Of a stretch of 64,000 bases of DNA, positions 20,056 to 29,786 are shown one piece after another (position 1 is the first letter of the stretch; every line of letters begins with the position of its first letter). Made by a program: the position numbers and the translations under genes. This DNA comes from Planctomycetota bacterium (GTDB lineage: Bacteria; Planctomycetota; B15-G4): assembly GCA_965248575.1 (NCBI GenBank), contig CBDFJQ010000002.1, forward strand, positions 576,001-640,000. The letters are read 5' to 3'. Below the pieces are notes generated by a model. That model was not told where the DNA came from. It did not search any database and saw only the letters and a program-made list of their open reading frames with translations.

Positions 20056-20176
20056 ATCCGCGCAACGCGTGCGGGAGTCGTTCGAAGCCAGGGCCCCGAG
20101 GCGACGCGGGGAGACTACCCGGTGCAACCCCGCGACTCAAGATGGGGGACTCAAGACCCCAGCTCAGGACCTCTGT

Positions 20177-21367
20177 TCAAGGGGCCGGCTTGCCGACCAG
20201 GCTGCGGCCGATGATCAGGCGGTGGATGTGGTTGGTGCCCTCGTAGATGCGCAGTCCCTGGATGTCGCGGTAGTGGCGCTCCACGGAGTGGCCGCTGCCG
20301 TATCCCCTGTTGCCGAGCAGCAGGACGGCCTTGTCGGCGGCCCGCTGGGCAGCCTCGGTAGCGAAGAGCTTTGCGGAGGAGGTGAGGCGGGTCACGTCCG
20401 AGGCGCCTGCGTCGGCAGCCCGGGCGGCACGGGCCACCAGGGCGGAGGCGGCCTCCATCTCGGAGAACATGTCCGCGAGGTCGGCCTGCACCATCTGGAA
20501 GTCCCCGATGCGTTGCCCGAACTGCCGCCGCTCCTGGGCGTGAGCCACCGCTTCGGCGAGACAGGCCTGCCCGATGCCCACCGCACCCGCGGCGACCCCG
20601 AGCCGGCCATGGTCCAGAGCAGACATGGCGATCTTGAAACCCTGGCCCACGGCCCCGAGGCGCTGCTCCTCTGGGACGCGCAGTCCGCTGAGCTGCAGCC
20701 GCGCATGGTCCGAGGCCCGGTGGCCCAGGGGTTCGACGCCCAGGGGCAGCGCCTCGAATCCCGGGCTCGGGAGCTCCACCACGAAGGCGGTGAGTTCGGC
20801 GCGGCCTCCCGCTTCATTGGTGCGGGCGAAGATCAGGGCGAGGTCTGCCACGCCCGCGTTGGTGATCCAGGTCTTGCTGCCATCGATGACCCAGTGCGCC
20901 CCATCCTGTCGTGCGCGGGTGGCGATGGCCGACACATCACTGCCCGCGCCCTCTTCGGTGAGGCCGTAACAGCCAATGCGCTCGCCGCTGGCAAGCGATG
21001 GAAGCCAGCGTTCCTTCTGCGCCTCGCTGCCATGATCTTCAAGGCATTGGGAGACGAGCCCGGTGTGCACGGCGAGGAAGCCTCGGGTCGAACTGCAAGC
21101 CCGTCCAATCTCCTCGTAGACTGCGATGAAGGTTTCGTTGTTCCAGCCACTGCCCCCGTGCGTGGTGGGCAGGGGCCCCGCCAGGAAACCCAGCTCGCCC
21201 ATGCGCGTGACAATGGAGCGTGGCAGTTCTCCCGCGCGGTCCCATTCGCCTGCCATGGGTGCGACGTCCTCGTGCGCGAAGCGGCGGGCCCGTTCGCGCA
21301 CCGACGCCATGAGTTGCGTTGTTGTCTGGTTTGAGGGCACGTTGCTGGAGTTGTCGGGCTGGCTCAT
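20177..21367 (-). CDS. Acyl-CoA dehydrogenase
   Basis: GCYGLTEEGAGSD, GSKTWITNA, RRQFGQRIGDFQMVQ, RIYEGTNHIHR. Confidence 0.95.
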   Translation of the reverse strand: MSQPDNSSNVPSNQTTTQLMASVRERARRFAHEDVAPMAGEWDRAGELPRSIVTRMGELGFLAGPLPTTHGGSGWNNETFIAVYEEIGRACSSTRGFLAVHTGLVSQCLEDHGSEAQKERWLPSLASGERIGCYGLTEEGAGSDVSAIATRARQDGAHWVIDGSKTWITNAGVADLALIFARTNEAGGRAELTAFVVELPSPGFEALPLGVEPLGHRASDHARLQLSGLRVPEEQRLGAVGQGFKIAMSALDHGRLGVAAGAVGIGQACLAEAVAHAQERRQFGQRIGDFQMVQADLADMFSEMEAASALVARAARAADAGASDVTRLTSSAKLFATEAAQRAADKAVLLLGNRGYGSGHSVERHYRDIQGLRIYEGTNHIHRLIIGRSLVGKPAP

Positions 21368-21368
21368 G

Positions 21369-21737
21369 TCAGTGAGGCTGCGAGTCGTTGGCTGAAGAGG
21401 AGGGTGCCCGCGGGTGGCGCGGCGAGACCAGCCGCTCCACCACTTCGCCCTTCACCAACGTGCGATCCACGATCTCGTCCACGTCGGCCAGGGTGATGCC
21501 GCGATACCAGATCCCTTCCGGATAGAGCACCGCCGCGACCCCCTCTTCACAGGCGTCCAGGCAGCCCGCTTTGTTGACCCGGATGCGTCCCTTGAGACCC
21601 TTGTCATAGGCCTTTACCTTGAGCGCCTTGGCAATCTGCTCGGAGCCCTTGCCGGCGCAGCAACCGCGGGGGTGCCCTTCGCCGCGCGCGTTGATGCACA
21701 CGAAGAGGTGGCGTTCGAATCGGGCTTCGGTGCTCAT
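21369..21737 (-). CDS. Thioredoxin-like [2Fe-2S] ferredoxin
   Basis: HLFVC...GCC...RVNKAGCLDAC..G...LYPEGIWY motif. Confidence 0.92.
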   Translation of the reverse strand: MSTEARFERHLFVCINARGEGHPRGCCAGKGSEQIAKALKVKAYDKGLKGRIRVNKAGCLDACEEGVAAVLYPEGIWYRGITLADVDEIVDRTLVKGEVVERLVSPRHPRAPSSSANDSQPH

Positions 21738-22540
21738 GAGCGGCGGGTCTCACCCGAGAATCGGGGGGATTCCTTCTTCACGAAGGCCTCGTGGAAGGTG
21801 CGATGGTCCACGCCGCGCAAGTGCACCGCTTGCACTTGCGCCTCGAGTTCGATGGCCTCGTCCAAGCCCAGGGCCCACTCTTCATTCAGGCAGCGCTTGG
21901 TGGTCGCGAGGGCTGCGAGAGGCCCTCGTGCCAGGCGTTGCCCGAGGGCCATGGCGGTGGGCAGGCACTCGTTGTCCGGCACGATCTGGTTGGCGAGGCC
22001 ATAGCGCTCGGCCGTCACCGCGTCGATCGCGTTGCCCAGCATCAGCAGTTCGCTGGCTCGTCCGAGCCCCACGACCCGTGGCAACAGGTAGGCAGCGCCC
22101 ATGTCGGCACCCGTCAGCCCGACGTTCGTGAACAGGAAGGCGATCTTGGCACGCGTGGCGAAGACTCGCAGGTCGGACGCCAGGGCGATCACGGCACCGG
22201 CCCCGGCTGCCATGCCGTTGACGGCCGCGACGATAGGCTTCTCGAGCTTTCGCATGTTGGCGATGAGCTCGCCAGTCATGCGCGTGAACTTCAGCACCTC
22301 CTCTTCGGAGCGGCCGAAGAGCTGACCGATGATGTCGTGCACATCACCGCCTGAACAGAACGCCTTGCCACTGCCGGTGATGACGACGGCGTGGACGTCG
22401 TCGTCCGTCACCATGGTGGCGAAGCGGTCGGTGAGTTCCCGATAGACCTCAAAGGTCAGGGCGTTGTAGCGCTCCGGCCTGTCGAGGGTGATCAGTGCGA
22501 CGCCGTCGTCGTCGATGCTCTCGTGGAAGGTTTCAGCCAT
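21734..22540 (-). CDS. Enoyl-CoA hydratase/isomerase (crotonase) family protein
   Basis: AFCSGGDV, KPIVAAVNGMAAGAG, GADMGAAYLLPRVVG; resembles the subfamily found in anthraniloyl/salicylyl-CoA clusters. Confidence 0.93.
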   Translation of the reverse strand: MAETFHESIDDDGVALITLDRPERYNALTFEVYRELTDRFATMVTDDDVHAVVITGSGKAFCSGGDVHDIIGQLFGRSEEEVLKFTRMTGELIANMRKLEKPIVAAVNGMAAGAGAVIALASDLRVFATRAKIAFLFTNVGLTGADMGAAYLLPRVVGLGRASELLMLGNAIDAVTAERYGLANQIVPDNECLPTAMALGQRLARGPLAALATTKRCLNEEWALGLDEAIELEAQVQAVHLRGVDHRTFHEAFVKKESPRFSGETRRS

Positions 22541-22603
22541 GGGCGGGATCCTACCTTGGCTCTCGCGCAACGTTCCACCTGACAGGGTGAAGGGACGGGC
22601 GAT

Positions 22604-23416
22604 CTAGTCGTCGAAGAAACGAACCGCGCGCCCATGAGATCTGCTGGGCTCCTCGCACAGGAGTGCGCAGACCTCTTGGGCCACGTCCTCGGGGCTCAGG
22701 AGACGCCCTCCCGGGTTCATGGCTGCCAGACGACCCTTGGCGGCCTCCAGGTCCAGCCCGCTGCTCTGGGCGATGCGCTGGGCGGACTGCGCCACGATGT
22801 CGGTGTCTACAAAGCCAGGGCAGACGGCATTGATGCTCAGGTCGGCGTCTTTCCAGCGCGCTTGGGCCTCGGCCGAGAGGGCGCGCGTGAGACCGAGCAA
22901 GGCGTGCTTGCTGGCAACATAGGCACTCGTGTAGGCGTAGCCCTCCAGCGCGGCCGTGGAGGCTACGTTCACCATGCGCCCCCAGCCCCGCTCCGCCATG
23001 GCTGGCAAGGCCGCGCGCGCGAGTGCAAAGGGCGCGAAGAGGTTCAGGTCGAGGGTGTCGTCAAACAGGTCATCGTCCGTGCGTTCCAGGGGCACCGAGG
23101 GGGCGCTGCCGGCGTTGTTCACGAGCAAGTCGGCGGCTGTAGCGACCGTGCAGGCGAGTTCGTCGACCTGCTCCCGATCGAGCAGGTCCACCACTTCGCA
23201 GGACACGCTCGAGGCTCCGGCCGTTTGTGCCTCGGCCTTGACGGCAGCCAACTGCTCTTCGCTGCGGGCGACCAAGGTCAGGGCAGCCCCGCGCTGGGCG
23301 AGCGCCAGGGAGATGGCACGCCCGATGCCGCGGCCCGCCCCCGTGATCAGCGCGTGGCGTCCGCTGAGGTCGGAGGTCGGTTCGCGAGTGTGGTCGGAAG
23401 AGGCGGGCGTGGTCAC
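22604..23416 (-). CDS. Short-chain dehydrogenase/reductase
   Basis: TGAGRGIG, LVNNAG, YVASKH (YxxxK), NAVCPGFVDT; GTG start chosen just after the upstream small gene. Confidence 0.93.
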   Translation of the reverse strand: MTTPASSDHTREPTSDLSGRHALITGAGRGIGRAISLALAQRGAALTLVARSEEQLAAVKAEAQTAGASSVSCEVVDLLDREQVDELACTVATAADLLVNNAGSAPSVPLERTDDDLFDDTLDLNLFAPFALARAALPAMAERGWGRMVNVASTAALEGYAYTSAYVASKHALLGLTRALSAEAQARWKDADLSINAVCPGFVDTDIVAQSAQRIAQSSGLDLEAAKGRLAAMNPGGRLLSPEDVAQEVCALLCEEPSRSHGRAVRFFDD

Positions 23417-23424
23417 GGGAGGGC

Positions 23425-23691
23425 TCAGCTGAGCGGAGTCGAGGGGGGGGCGGTGCGAGGCGTTGCGGGCGCGTGGGTTGAGCTGGACTCTGGATACGCA
23501 AAGTCCACCAGAGCGGGGGCGCCGCGCAAGAGGATCAGTCCCACGAAACCCTGGATGGCCTGCCAGAACAGGATCCCGAAGCGCAGGTCGATGGGGCCAA
23601 AGAGCGACGCCAGCACCGTGTTGACGGTGGTCCAAAGCATCCAAAGGCCCAGAAGTCGGACGGCCAAGGCGAACAGGTCTCGTGCGGTCAT
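23425..23691 (-). CDS. Hypothetical two-helix membrane protein
   Basis: Two hydrophobic helices; sits co-oriented between the TPR and SDR genes. Confidence 0.6.
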   Translation of the reverse strand: MTARDLFALAVRLLGLWMLWTTVNTVLASLFGPIDLRFGILFWQAIQGFVGLILLRGAPALVDFAYPESSSTHAPATPRTAPPSTPLS

Positions 23692-23720
23692 GAGTGGTTC
23701 CTCTGGGACGGATGGTTTGG

Positions 23721-24956
23721 TCAGGGGTCAGCCACAGGCGGCGGCTGGGTGAGGTCCTTGAAGCGAGCCAGGACTTCCTGGGCTTCCTCATGCCTTCCCA
23801 GGCGCACCATCAGCCGGCCCAGCAGATACAGGGCCTTGGTGAGGTTGGGATCGAGCTGGCTCGCCTTGCGCAGGTGCGCCTCTGCGGCCTCGTGCTGATC
23901 GAGGCCCATGAGCACCTCTCCCATGAGCAAGGACGTCTGTGCCGTGGCGAGGCCGCTGCTGTTGCACAGCGCCAACCAGTCTTGCGCTGCGTCCAAGTGC
24001 CCTTCATCCAAGGCGAGCTTGGCGAGCGCCAGGGCGCTCCGCGCGTGGCCCGGATCCACTGCGAGCGCAGACTCCAGGGCCTCCTTGGCCGCATCGAGAT
24101 CTTGGCCGGCGACCAGGCAGCGGCCCGTCCAGTAGTGCCGTTCGAGCTTCCGGTCGTCTGCAGCGAAGCGTTCGCGGATGAGCTCTCTCGTTTCCGCGAG
24201 GCGGAAGCACATGAGCTGGGATTCCAGCAGCAGCTCGGCCAGGGCGTCGTCCGCGGGGGTCTTCAGCAACGCGGCGGCATACTTGTCGGCGGCCAGCTCG
24301 ATCGTGGACTCGCCCAGCCGCCGGTAGCCGTCCCCTTGCAGGCGCAGGATTTCCGCCCCGAGTCGCCTGCCCAATTCAGCTTGGACCGCCTCCAGCCGCT
24401 CGGCGTTCTTGAGAGCCTTGCCGAAGCGCTGGCTGCTCATGTTGGCGCGGACCAAGGCAGCCCAGGCCTCCACGGCGCGTTCGTTCATACGCGTGGCTTG
24501 GCGGAAGGCCTCCTGAGCCACGTCGAGGTTTCCCGCCTGCAGCGCGAGCCGGCCCTTGAGAATCTCCAGGCGAAAGCTGGCGCTGGGCTTTGGGTTCCCT
24601 GGACTGCTGGCGCGCTGGGCCAGAGCTGCCGCCTCGGCCGTGGAGCCGGCATCCATCAGGCAGAGCCCGAGCAGGCCCAGGTAGTCGCCGTCCCCGGCGT
24701 GCGTCTTGAGCTGCGCCTGCAGGAGCGCAGCCGCCTCGCCCGCTCTTCCGCCACGCCGCAGTTGGCGCGCCTGGTCAAAGGTGTCGTCGGTGACGGCGCG
24801 TGCAGCAGCTGAGGGTGCCGCGTTCGTGTCAGACGCCCCAGCCGTTGTCGCCAACGCCAGAGTCGTCGTGCTGAACACCGCGACCCACAGGACGATGGCG
24901 GCCCGGAAGGCCAAGGCCGGCTGCCACGACGCTGTCTGGGGAGCGCAGTCGCTCAA
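23721..24956 (-). CDS. Exported tetratricopeptide-repeat protein
   Basis: Signal-like N-terminus; multiple TPRs (e.g. ALYLLGRLMVRLGRHEEAQEVL); TTG start overlaps the stop of the CRTAC1 gene. Confidence 0.85.
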   Translation of the reverse strand: MSDCAPQTASWQPALAFRAAIVLWVAVFSTTTLALATTAGASDTNAAPSAAARAVTDDTFDQARQLRRGGRAGEAAALLQAQLKTHAGDGDYLGLLGLCLMDAGSTAEAAALAQRASSPGNPKPSASFRLEILKGRLALQAGNLDVAQEAFRQATRMNERAVEAWAALVRANMSSQRFGKALKNAERLEAVQAELGRRLGAEILRLQGDGYRRLGESTIELAADKYAAALLKTPADDALAELLLESQLMCFRLAETRELIRERFAADDRKLERHYWTGRCLVAGQDLDAAKEALESALAVDPGHARSALALAKLALDEGHLDAAQDWLALCNSSGLATAQTSLLMGEVLMGLDQHEAAEAHLRKASQLDPNLTKALYLLGRLMVRLGRHEEAQEVLARFKDLTQPPPVADP

Positions 24957-26950
24957 CGGCCTGCAGCCCCCGTGTCTCCGGGAACCTGACCGGGAACCTC
25001 GTCAACGATCCTCAGGCCCTGGGGACCAATCTCGAGCTGGATCCAGCGATCCAGGGCCAGAGGCGGAGCGGACAACACGTGCGGTTCCTCACCTGGCAGC
25101 CGGAGCTCGAGGCGGTCCACCCGGCTGATCTCTCCCAGGCCCACGTGGAAGCGCGGATCCTCCGTGGAGAGGAAGCTGCTGCCGACGGTGAGATCGCGGG
25201 TCCAGCTGCGGTCAGCGGCGTGCAGGGTGAGGCGCGCGCCCACCGGCATGGGGCCAGCCGGCCCAGCGCTGTCCGTCGTGGCCCGCCGGAGGGTGGCGCC
25301 GAACCAGTGGCCCTGCTTCGGGCTCCGGTTCCACAGGATCAAGGGGCTGTTCTCCAGGCGCGCGATCACGAGGTCGAGGCGCCCATCGTTGTCGAGGTCC
25401 ACCCGGGCCGAGCCCCGATGCGCACCGGGGGTGGCGAGTCCGGAGGCCTCGCTCACGTCGTCAAAAACGCCGGCCACCGAGGTGCCCCGAAAGAGGCTGT
25501 TGGGTTGGCGGAAAACCACGAGCTCTGGTGCGCACTGATCCATCTGTTCGAAGATGTGACCGTTGGCGCTGAACACATCGCTGAAGCCGTCATTGTCAAA
25601 GTCCGCGATGGAACATCCCCAACCCAGTTGGAACCAACTGGGGCGTCCAAGGCCTGCGCGGTGAGACATCTCCTCGAACCACGGGCCGGTGAGTGCGTTC
25701 GACTCGTTCCAGTAGAGCGAGTTGCTCTGTGTGGAGAAGTTGGTCACGAAGAACTCCGGCAGCGGGTCGTCATTGGCGTGGCCAACGGCCAAGCCCATGC
25801 CCGCCTCCATCTGCCCGGCGCGGCCACAGGCAACACCGGCCACGAGCGCTGTTTCGGTGTAGTGGCCGCTTCCGTCGTTCACGAACAGGTAATTCGCGAC
25901 AGAGTCGTTGGTGACGTAGAGGTCCAGGTCGCCGTCGTTGTCGATGTCGCTGAAGGTCGGCTGGAAGGCGTAGCTGGCCGCGGTGCTCAGCAGGCCCGTT
26001 TCGCCGGCACCCTCCTTGAGCGTGAAGTGGGGCGCACCTTGGTTGAGGAAGACCCGGTCAGCCTGGGGTGCCAGGCCTCGTGGCCCGCACGGGATCTCGC
26101 ACGACATCTGGCGACACCAGCCCTTCTTGTCCAGGCTCGCGAGGTCCTGCTCGCAGTAGTTGCAGAGGTAGAGGTCGAGGTCTCCATCGCCGTCGATGTC
26201 GGCGGCCGCAGCGCCCACCGACCAGTCCGCGTCGGCTCCGGCGATCCCTGGGTGCCGTGCGGTGACGTCGACGAAGCGTCCGTCGTCGTTGCGCAGCAGG
26301 GCATTGGGGCCCCAGTTGGTCAGCAGCAGATCGCTGTCGCCATCGCTGTCGTAGTCGAAGGCGAGGGCTCCGAATCCGTAACCGCGGTGATCCGCGCCGC
26401 GCTCCTGGGCGCATTCTTCGAAGCGGCCATCCCCGAGATTGCGGTACAGCCTGTTGGCGGCATCACCGCCCTGCTCAGTCCCGTCCCGGCCCTGGGGGAA
26501 GTAGAGGTCCATGAGGCCGTCTTGGTCCAAGTCGAGCACGGCGACACCCCGGCCGACGGTGTCGCGGAGGTAGGACTTTCCGCCCTCGCGATCCGGCCCC
26601 GAGAGGTCGGAATGGTCAATGCCCGAGGCCGCACCGCCCGCCACGAACCAGGGGCCGCTCTCGGGTGGTGTCGCCGGGCTGGCAGGGGGCAGATGTTCTC
26701 GCGAGGCGGAGGGTGGAGTCGCTGCCGAGCGCCCGGGCGATGTCGAGCTGCTGCTCTCCGCAGGCGCCGTCACGGCGGGCGAGGCGGGGGGCGGCTGCTC
26801 GCCACAGCTCACTAGCAAGCCGATGCCGAGCACGGCAAGGGTCAGGTGAACTAGACCACGGAGGAGGCTGCCGGGGAGGTCAGCGGGGAGCTCAGAAAGG
26901 CGCACCGCCCTCTGCCTACTGCGTGGCTGGATCTGAACACCTGTGACCAT
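24953..26950 (-). CDS. CRTAC1 family protein (FG-GAP/VCBS repeats plus ASPIC-UnbV domain), lipoprotein
   Basis: Lipobox LVSC; DLDQDGLMDLYF, DYDSDGDSDL, DIDGDGDLDLY, DFDNDGFSD; C-terminal SFLSTEDPRFHVGLG. Confidence 0.9.
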   Translation of the reverse strand: MVTGVQIQPRSRQRAVRLSELPADLPGSLLRGLVHLTLAVLGIGLLVSCGEQPPPASPAVTAPAESSSSTSPGRSAATPPSASREHLPPASPATPPESGPWFVAGGAASGIDHSDLSGPDREGGKSYLRDTVGRGVAVLDLDQDGLMDLYFPQGRDGTEQGGDAANRLYRNLGDGRFEECAQERGADHRGYGFGALAFDYDSDGDSDLLLTNWGPNALLRNDDGRFVDVTARHPGIAGADADWSVGAAAADIDGDGDLDLYLCNYCEQDLASLDKKGWCRQMSCEIPCGPRGLAPQADRVFLNQGAPHFTLKEGAGETGLLSTAASYAFQPTFSDIDNDGDLDLYVTNDSVANYLFVNDGSGHYTETALVAGVACGRAGQMEAGMGLAVGHANDDPLPEFFVTNFSTQSNSLYWNESNALTGPWFEEMSHRAGLGRPSWFQLGWGCSIADFDNDGFSDVFSANGHIFEQMDQCAPELVVFRQPNSLFRGTSVAGVFDDVSEASGLATPGAHRGSARVDLDNDGRLDLVIARLENSPLILWNRSPKQGHWFGATLRRATTDSAGPAGPMPVGARLTLHAADRSWTRDLTVGSSFLSTEDPRFHVGLGEISRVDRLELRLPGEEPHVLSAPPLALDRWIQLEIGPQGLRIVDEVPGQVPGDTGAAGR

Positions 26951-27077
26951 TCCATGACCGTAACCCAGCCCGGGAGCCCATGGGAGCCCTCGCCCAAAGC
27001 GTCCGCCGAACCCTGAGTCGATCGGCCCGAGCTGCACCGGAGAACCGGTTGAGGTCCGCTCGTCGAGCAGGGGAGGT

Positions 27078-27938
27078 TCAGTAGGTGTAGAAGCCTTGCC
27101 CACTCTTCCGGCCGAGCTTTCCGGCCGCCACCATGTCGCGCAGGATCTGCGGTGGCTCGAAGGTCGCGCTGCCCAGCTCTTTGTGCAGGTGCTCTGCGAT
27201 GGCGAGGCGCACATCGAGCCCCACGAGATCGGTGAGCTTGAGCGGGCCCATGGGGTGGCGGTAGCCGAGCTCCATGGCCTTGTCGATGTCGGTGGGCGAG
27301 GCCACCTCTTCTTGCACCATGCGCATGGCTTCCAGGCCCAACAGGACTCCCAGGCGGCTGGTGGCGAAACCGGGCGAGTCGCGCACCAGGATCGGGTCCT
27401 TGCCGAGGCGCAGGGCGAAGTCCCTGGAGGCGTCGACGGCTTCCTGTGAACTCTCGTTGCCGCGCACGACCTCAACCAGCTTCATGACGGGCACGGGGTT
27501 GAAGAAGTGCAGGCCGACGATGCGGTCCTCCGCGCCGGAGCCCCGGGCAATCTCGGTGATGGGCAAGGAACTCGTGTTGGTGCCCAGCAAGCAATGCGCT
27601 GGGGCCGTCTTGGCGAAGCCCGCGAAGAGCTTGCGCTTGATGGCCATGTCCTCCAAGGCTGCCTCCACCAGGACGTCCGCACCGGCCACCGCGGATTCCA
27701 TGTCGTCCGTCGACTCGATGGCGCCGAGAATCTTCTCGCGCTGCTCGGCGCTGACCTTGCCCTTGTCCACGGCACGGGTGAGCGAGGAGGCGATGGCGTC
27801 CCGCCCGGCGCTGGCCCTGGCGGCATCCACATCCACGAGCTGCACACGGCTGCCCGTGGCTGCGCAGGTCTGGGCGATGCCTCGGCCCATGGTGCCGGCG
27901 CCGATGACAGTGACTTGATCAAAGCGGAAGGCGCTCAC
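27078..27938 (-). CDS. 3-hydroxyacyl-CoA dehydrogenase (3-hydroxybutyryl-CoA/PaaH-like)
   Basis: VIGAGTMGRGIA, TNTSSL, GLHFFNPVPVMKLVEV, PMGPLKLTDLVGLD, GKLGRKSGQGFY. Confidence 0.95.
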   Translation of the reverse strand: MSAFRFDQVTVIGAGTMGRGIAQTCAATGSRVQLVDVDAARASAGRDAIASSLTRAVDKGKVSAEQREKILGAIESTDDMESAVAGADVLVEAALEDMAIKRKLFAGFAKTAPAHCLLGTNTSSLPITEIARGSGAEDRIVGLHFFNPVPVMKLVEVVRGNESSQEAVDASRDFALRLGKDPILVRDSPGFATSRLGVLLGLEAMRMVQEEVASPTDIDKAMELGYRHPMGPLKLTDLVGLDVRLAIAEHLHKELGSATFEPPQILRDMVAAGKLGRKSGQGFYTY

Positions 27939-28975
27939 GAAGAGACTCCTGGAGTGAGGATGATTTTTCCGAACGCCTCCCGCTGAGCCAGGGCGTCATG
28001 TGCCGCGGCGATCTCGGTCAGCGGGAGGACCCGATCCACCACGGGCTTGAGCAGGCCACGGCCCACAAGCTCGACGACGTGCATGAGCTCGCCGCGACTG
28101 CCCATGGTGCTTCCGAGGATGGAGAGGTTCTTGAAGAAGATGTGCCGCAGGTCCGCTTCCAGCTTGGGGCCCGTGGTCGCACCGCAGGTGACCAGCCGCC
28201 CATTGCGTGCAAGGCTGCGCAGGCTGGCGGGCATGGTGGCTTCGCCCACATGTTCGAAGACGATGTCGACGCCACGCCGTCCCGTGAGTTTCTTGACGGA
28301 CTTGGCGAGGTCGCCCTCGCGAGAGGGCAGCACGTGGTCTGCACCCAGTTCGAGTGCTCGCTGGCGTTTGGCCTCGGTGCCCGCCGTGGCGATCACCTGA
28401 GCATGGTGCAGCTTCGCGATCTGCACCGCCGCGGAACCCACGCCGCTCCCGGCAGCATGGACCAGGACCGTGTCGCTGGAGTTGAGCCCGCAGCGCACAA
28501 CGAGCATGTGCCAAGCCGTGAGGAAGGTCAGCGGGACGGCGGCGGCTTCGGGGAAATCGAGGCCCTCCGGCATGGCCAAGGCGTTGCGCGCCGAGAGCGT
28601 GATGTACTCCGCACAGGCGCCGTCCTGGGTCTCGCCCAGGATGCCGTACTCGGGGCAGAGGTTGTCATCGCCCCGGGAACAGGGAGCGCAGTGGCCACAC
28701 GAGGTGCCGGGTGACCCGAGCACCCTGTCGCCGACATGCAGCCAGTCCACGAGCTCGCCCGTCTCCGCCACCACGCCCGAGAAGTCGCAGCCGGGGATCA
28801 TCGGCAGGGGGAACTCGTGGCCGGGCACGCCGCGCCGCACCCAGGTGTCGAGGTGATTGAGGCCCACGGCCCTCACCTGCACCAGAACTTCATCGGGGCC
28901 GGGGCTGGGGCGTTCCCGCTCTTCGATACGCAGCACGTCGGTGCCGCCGTGTTCCGAGATGACAACGGCCTGCAT
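27935..28975 (-). CDS. Zinc-binding MDR alcohol dehydrogenase / quinone oxidoreductase-like protein
   Basis: GLNHLD, structural zinc motif CGHCAPC..GDDNLC, AAGSGVG, GKIIL. Confidence 0.92.
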   Translation of the reverse strand: MQAVVISEHGGTDVLRIEERERPSPGPDEVLVQVRAVGLNHLDTWVRRGVPGHEFPLPMIPGCDFSGVVAETGELVDWLHVGDRVLGSPGTSCGHCAPCSRGDDNLCPEYGILGETQDGACAEYITLSARNALAMPEGLDFPEAAAVPLTFLTAWHMLVVRCGLNSSDTVLVHAAGSGVGSAAVQIAKLHHAQVIATAGTEAKRQRALELGADHVLPSREGDLAKSVKKLTGRRGVDIVFEHVGEATMPASLRSLARNGRLVTCGATTGPKLEADLRHIFFKNLSILGSTMGSRGELMHVVELVGRGLLKPVVDRVLPLTEIAAAHDALAQREAFGKIILTPGVSS

Positions 28976-28979
28976 GGCG

Positions 28980-29786
28980 TCAGCTTCCTTTGAACCGTGG
29001 TGCGCGGCGTTCCTTGAAGGCCGCGAAGCCCTCACTGGCATCGGCACTCTTGAAGAGCTGCTGTTGGAGCTCCCGCTCCAGGGCCAGGTGGCTTTCGAAG
29101 GACATCTCGAGACCGGAGACCACGCTGCGCTTGATGGCACCCACGGCCAGGCTGGCCTTGTGCGGGGGACAGAAGCCGCGCGCCCGTTCGAGCACCGTGT
29201 CCATGAAGTTGTCGGCTGGGAGGATCTCGTTGACGAGCCCGAGAGCTTGGGCCGCATCGAAGTCCATGTTGGTGCCGGCGGTCATGAGTTCGATGGCCTT
29301 GGCGCGCCCCAACATCCGGGACAGGCGCGCCGTTCCGCCGGTGCCGGGCAGGACGCCCAGGGCGACCTCCGGGAGACCGAGCTTGCCGCCCGCCTGCTTG
29401 GCCCAACGCAGGTCGGCGGCCAGGGCCACTTCCAGGCCGCCTCCGACGGTATGTCCATTCAACGCGGCAATCACCAGCTTGGGCGTCTGTTCAAGTCGGT
29501 TCAGGGTCTCGTTGGCGTGCAGGCAGAAGTTGTATTTCCACTCAGGCGTGACGCTGGCCAGCATTTCGATGTCCGCGCCCGCGCAGAAGAACTTCTCACC
29601 CGCTCCGGTGAGCACGATCACGTGGACCTGTTCGTCGAAACGCGCCGCCAGGACGGCGTCGTCCAGGGCGCGGTGCATCTCATGGCTGTAGGCGTTGGCC
29701 GGTGGGTTGTTCAGCGTCAGCAAGGCGACGCCGTCGTGCACGGCGTACGTGACGAGGCTCACGGAGGGGGTCACTGGTCGGCTCAC
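28980..29786 (-). CDS. Enoyl-CoA hydratase/isomerase family protein
   Basis: NPPANA, FFCAGADI, ALNGHTVGGGLEVALAAD, GLPEVALGVLPGTGGT (both catalytic Glu present). Confidence 0.93.
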   Translation of the reverse strand: MSRPVTPSVSLVTYAVHDGVALLTLNNPPANAYSHEMHRALDDAVLAARFDEQVHVIVLTGAGEKFFCAGADIEMLASVTPEWKYNFCLHANETLNRLEQTPKLVIAALNGHTVGGGLEVALAADLRWAKQAGGKLGLPEVALGVLPGTGGTARLSRMLGRAKAIELMTAGTNMDFDAAQALGLVNEILPADNFMDTVLERARGFCPPHKASLAVGAIKRSVVSGLEMSFESHLALERELQQQLFKSADASEGFAAFKERRAPRFKGS

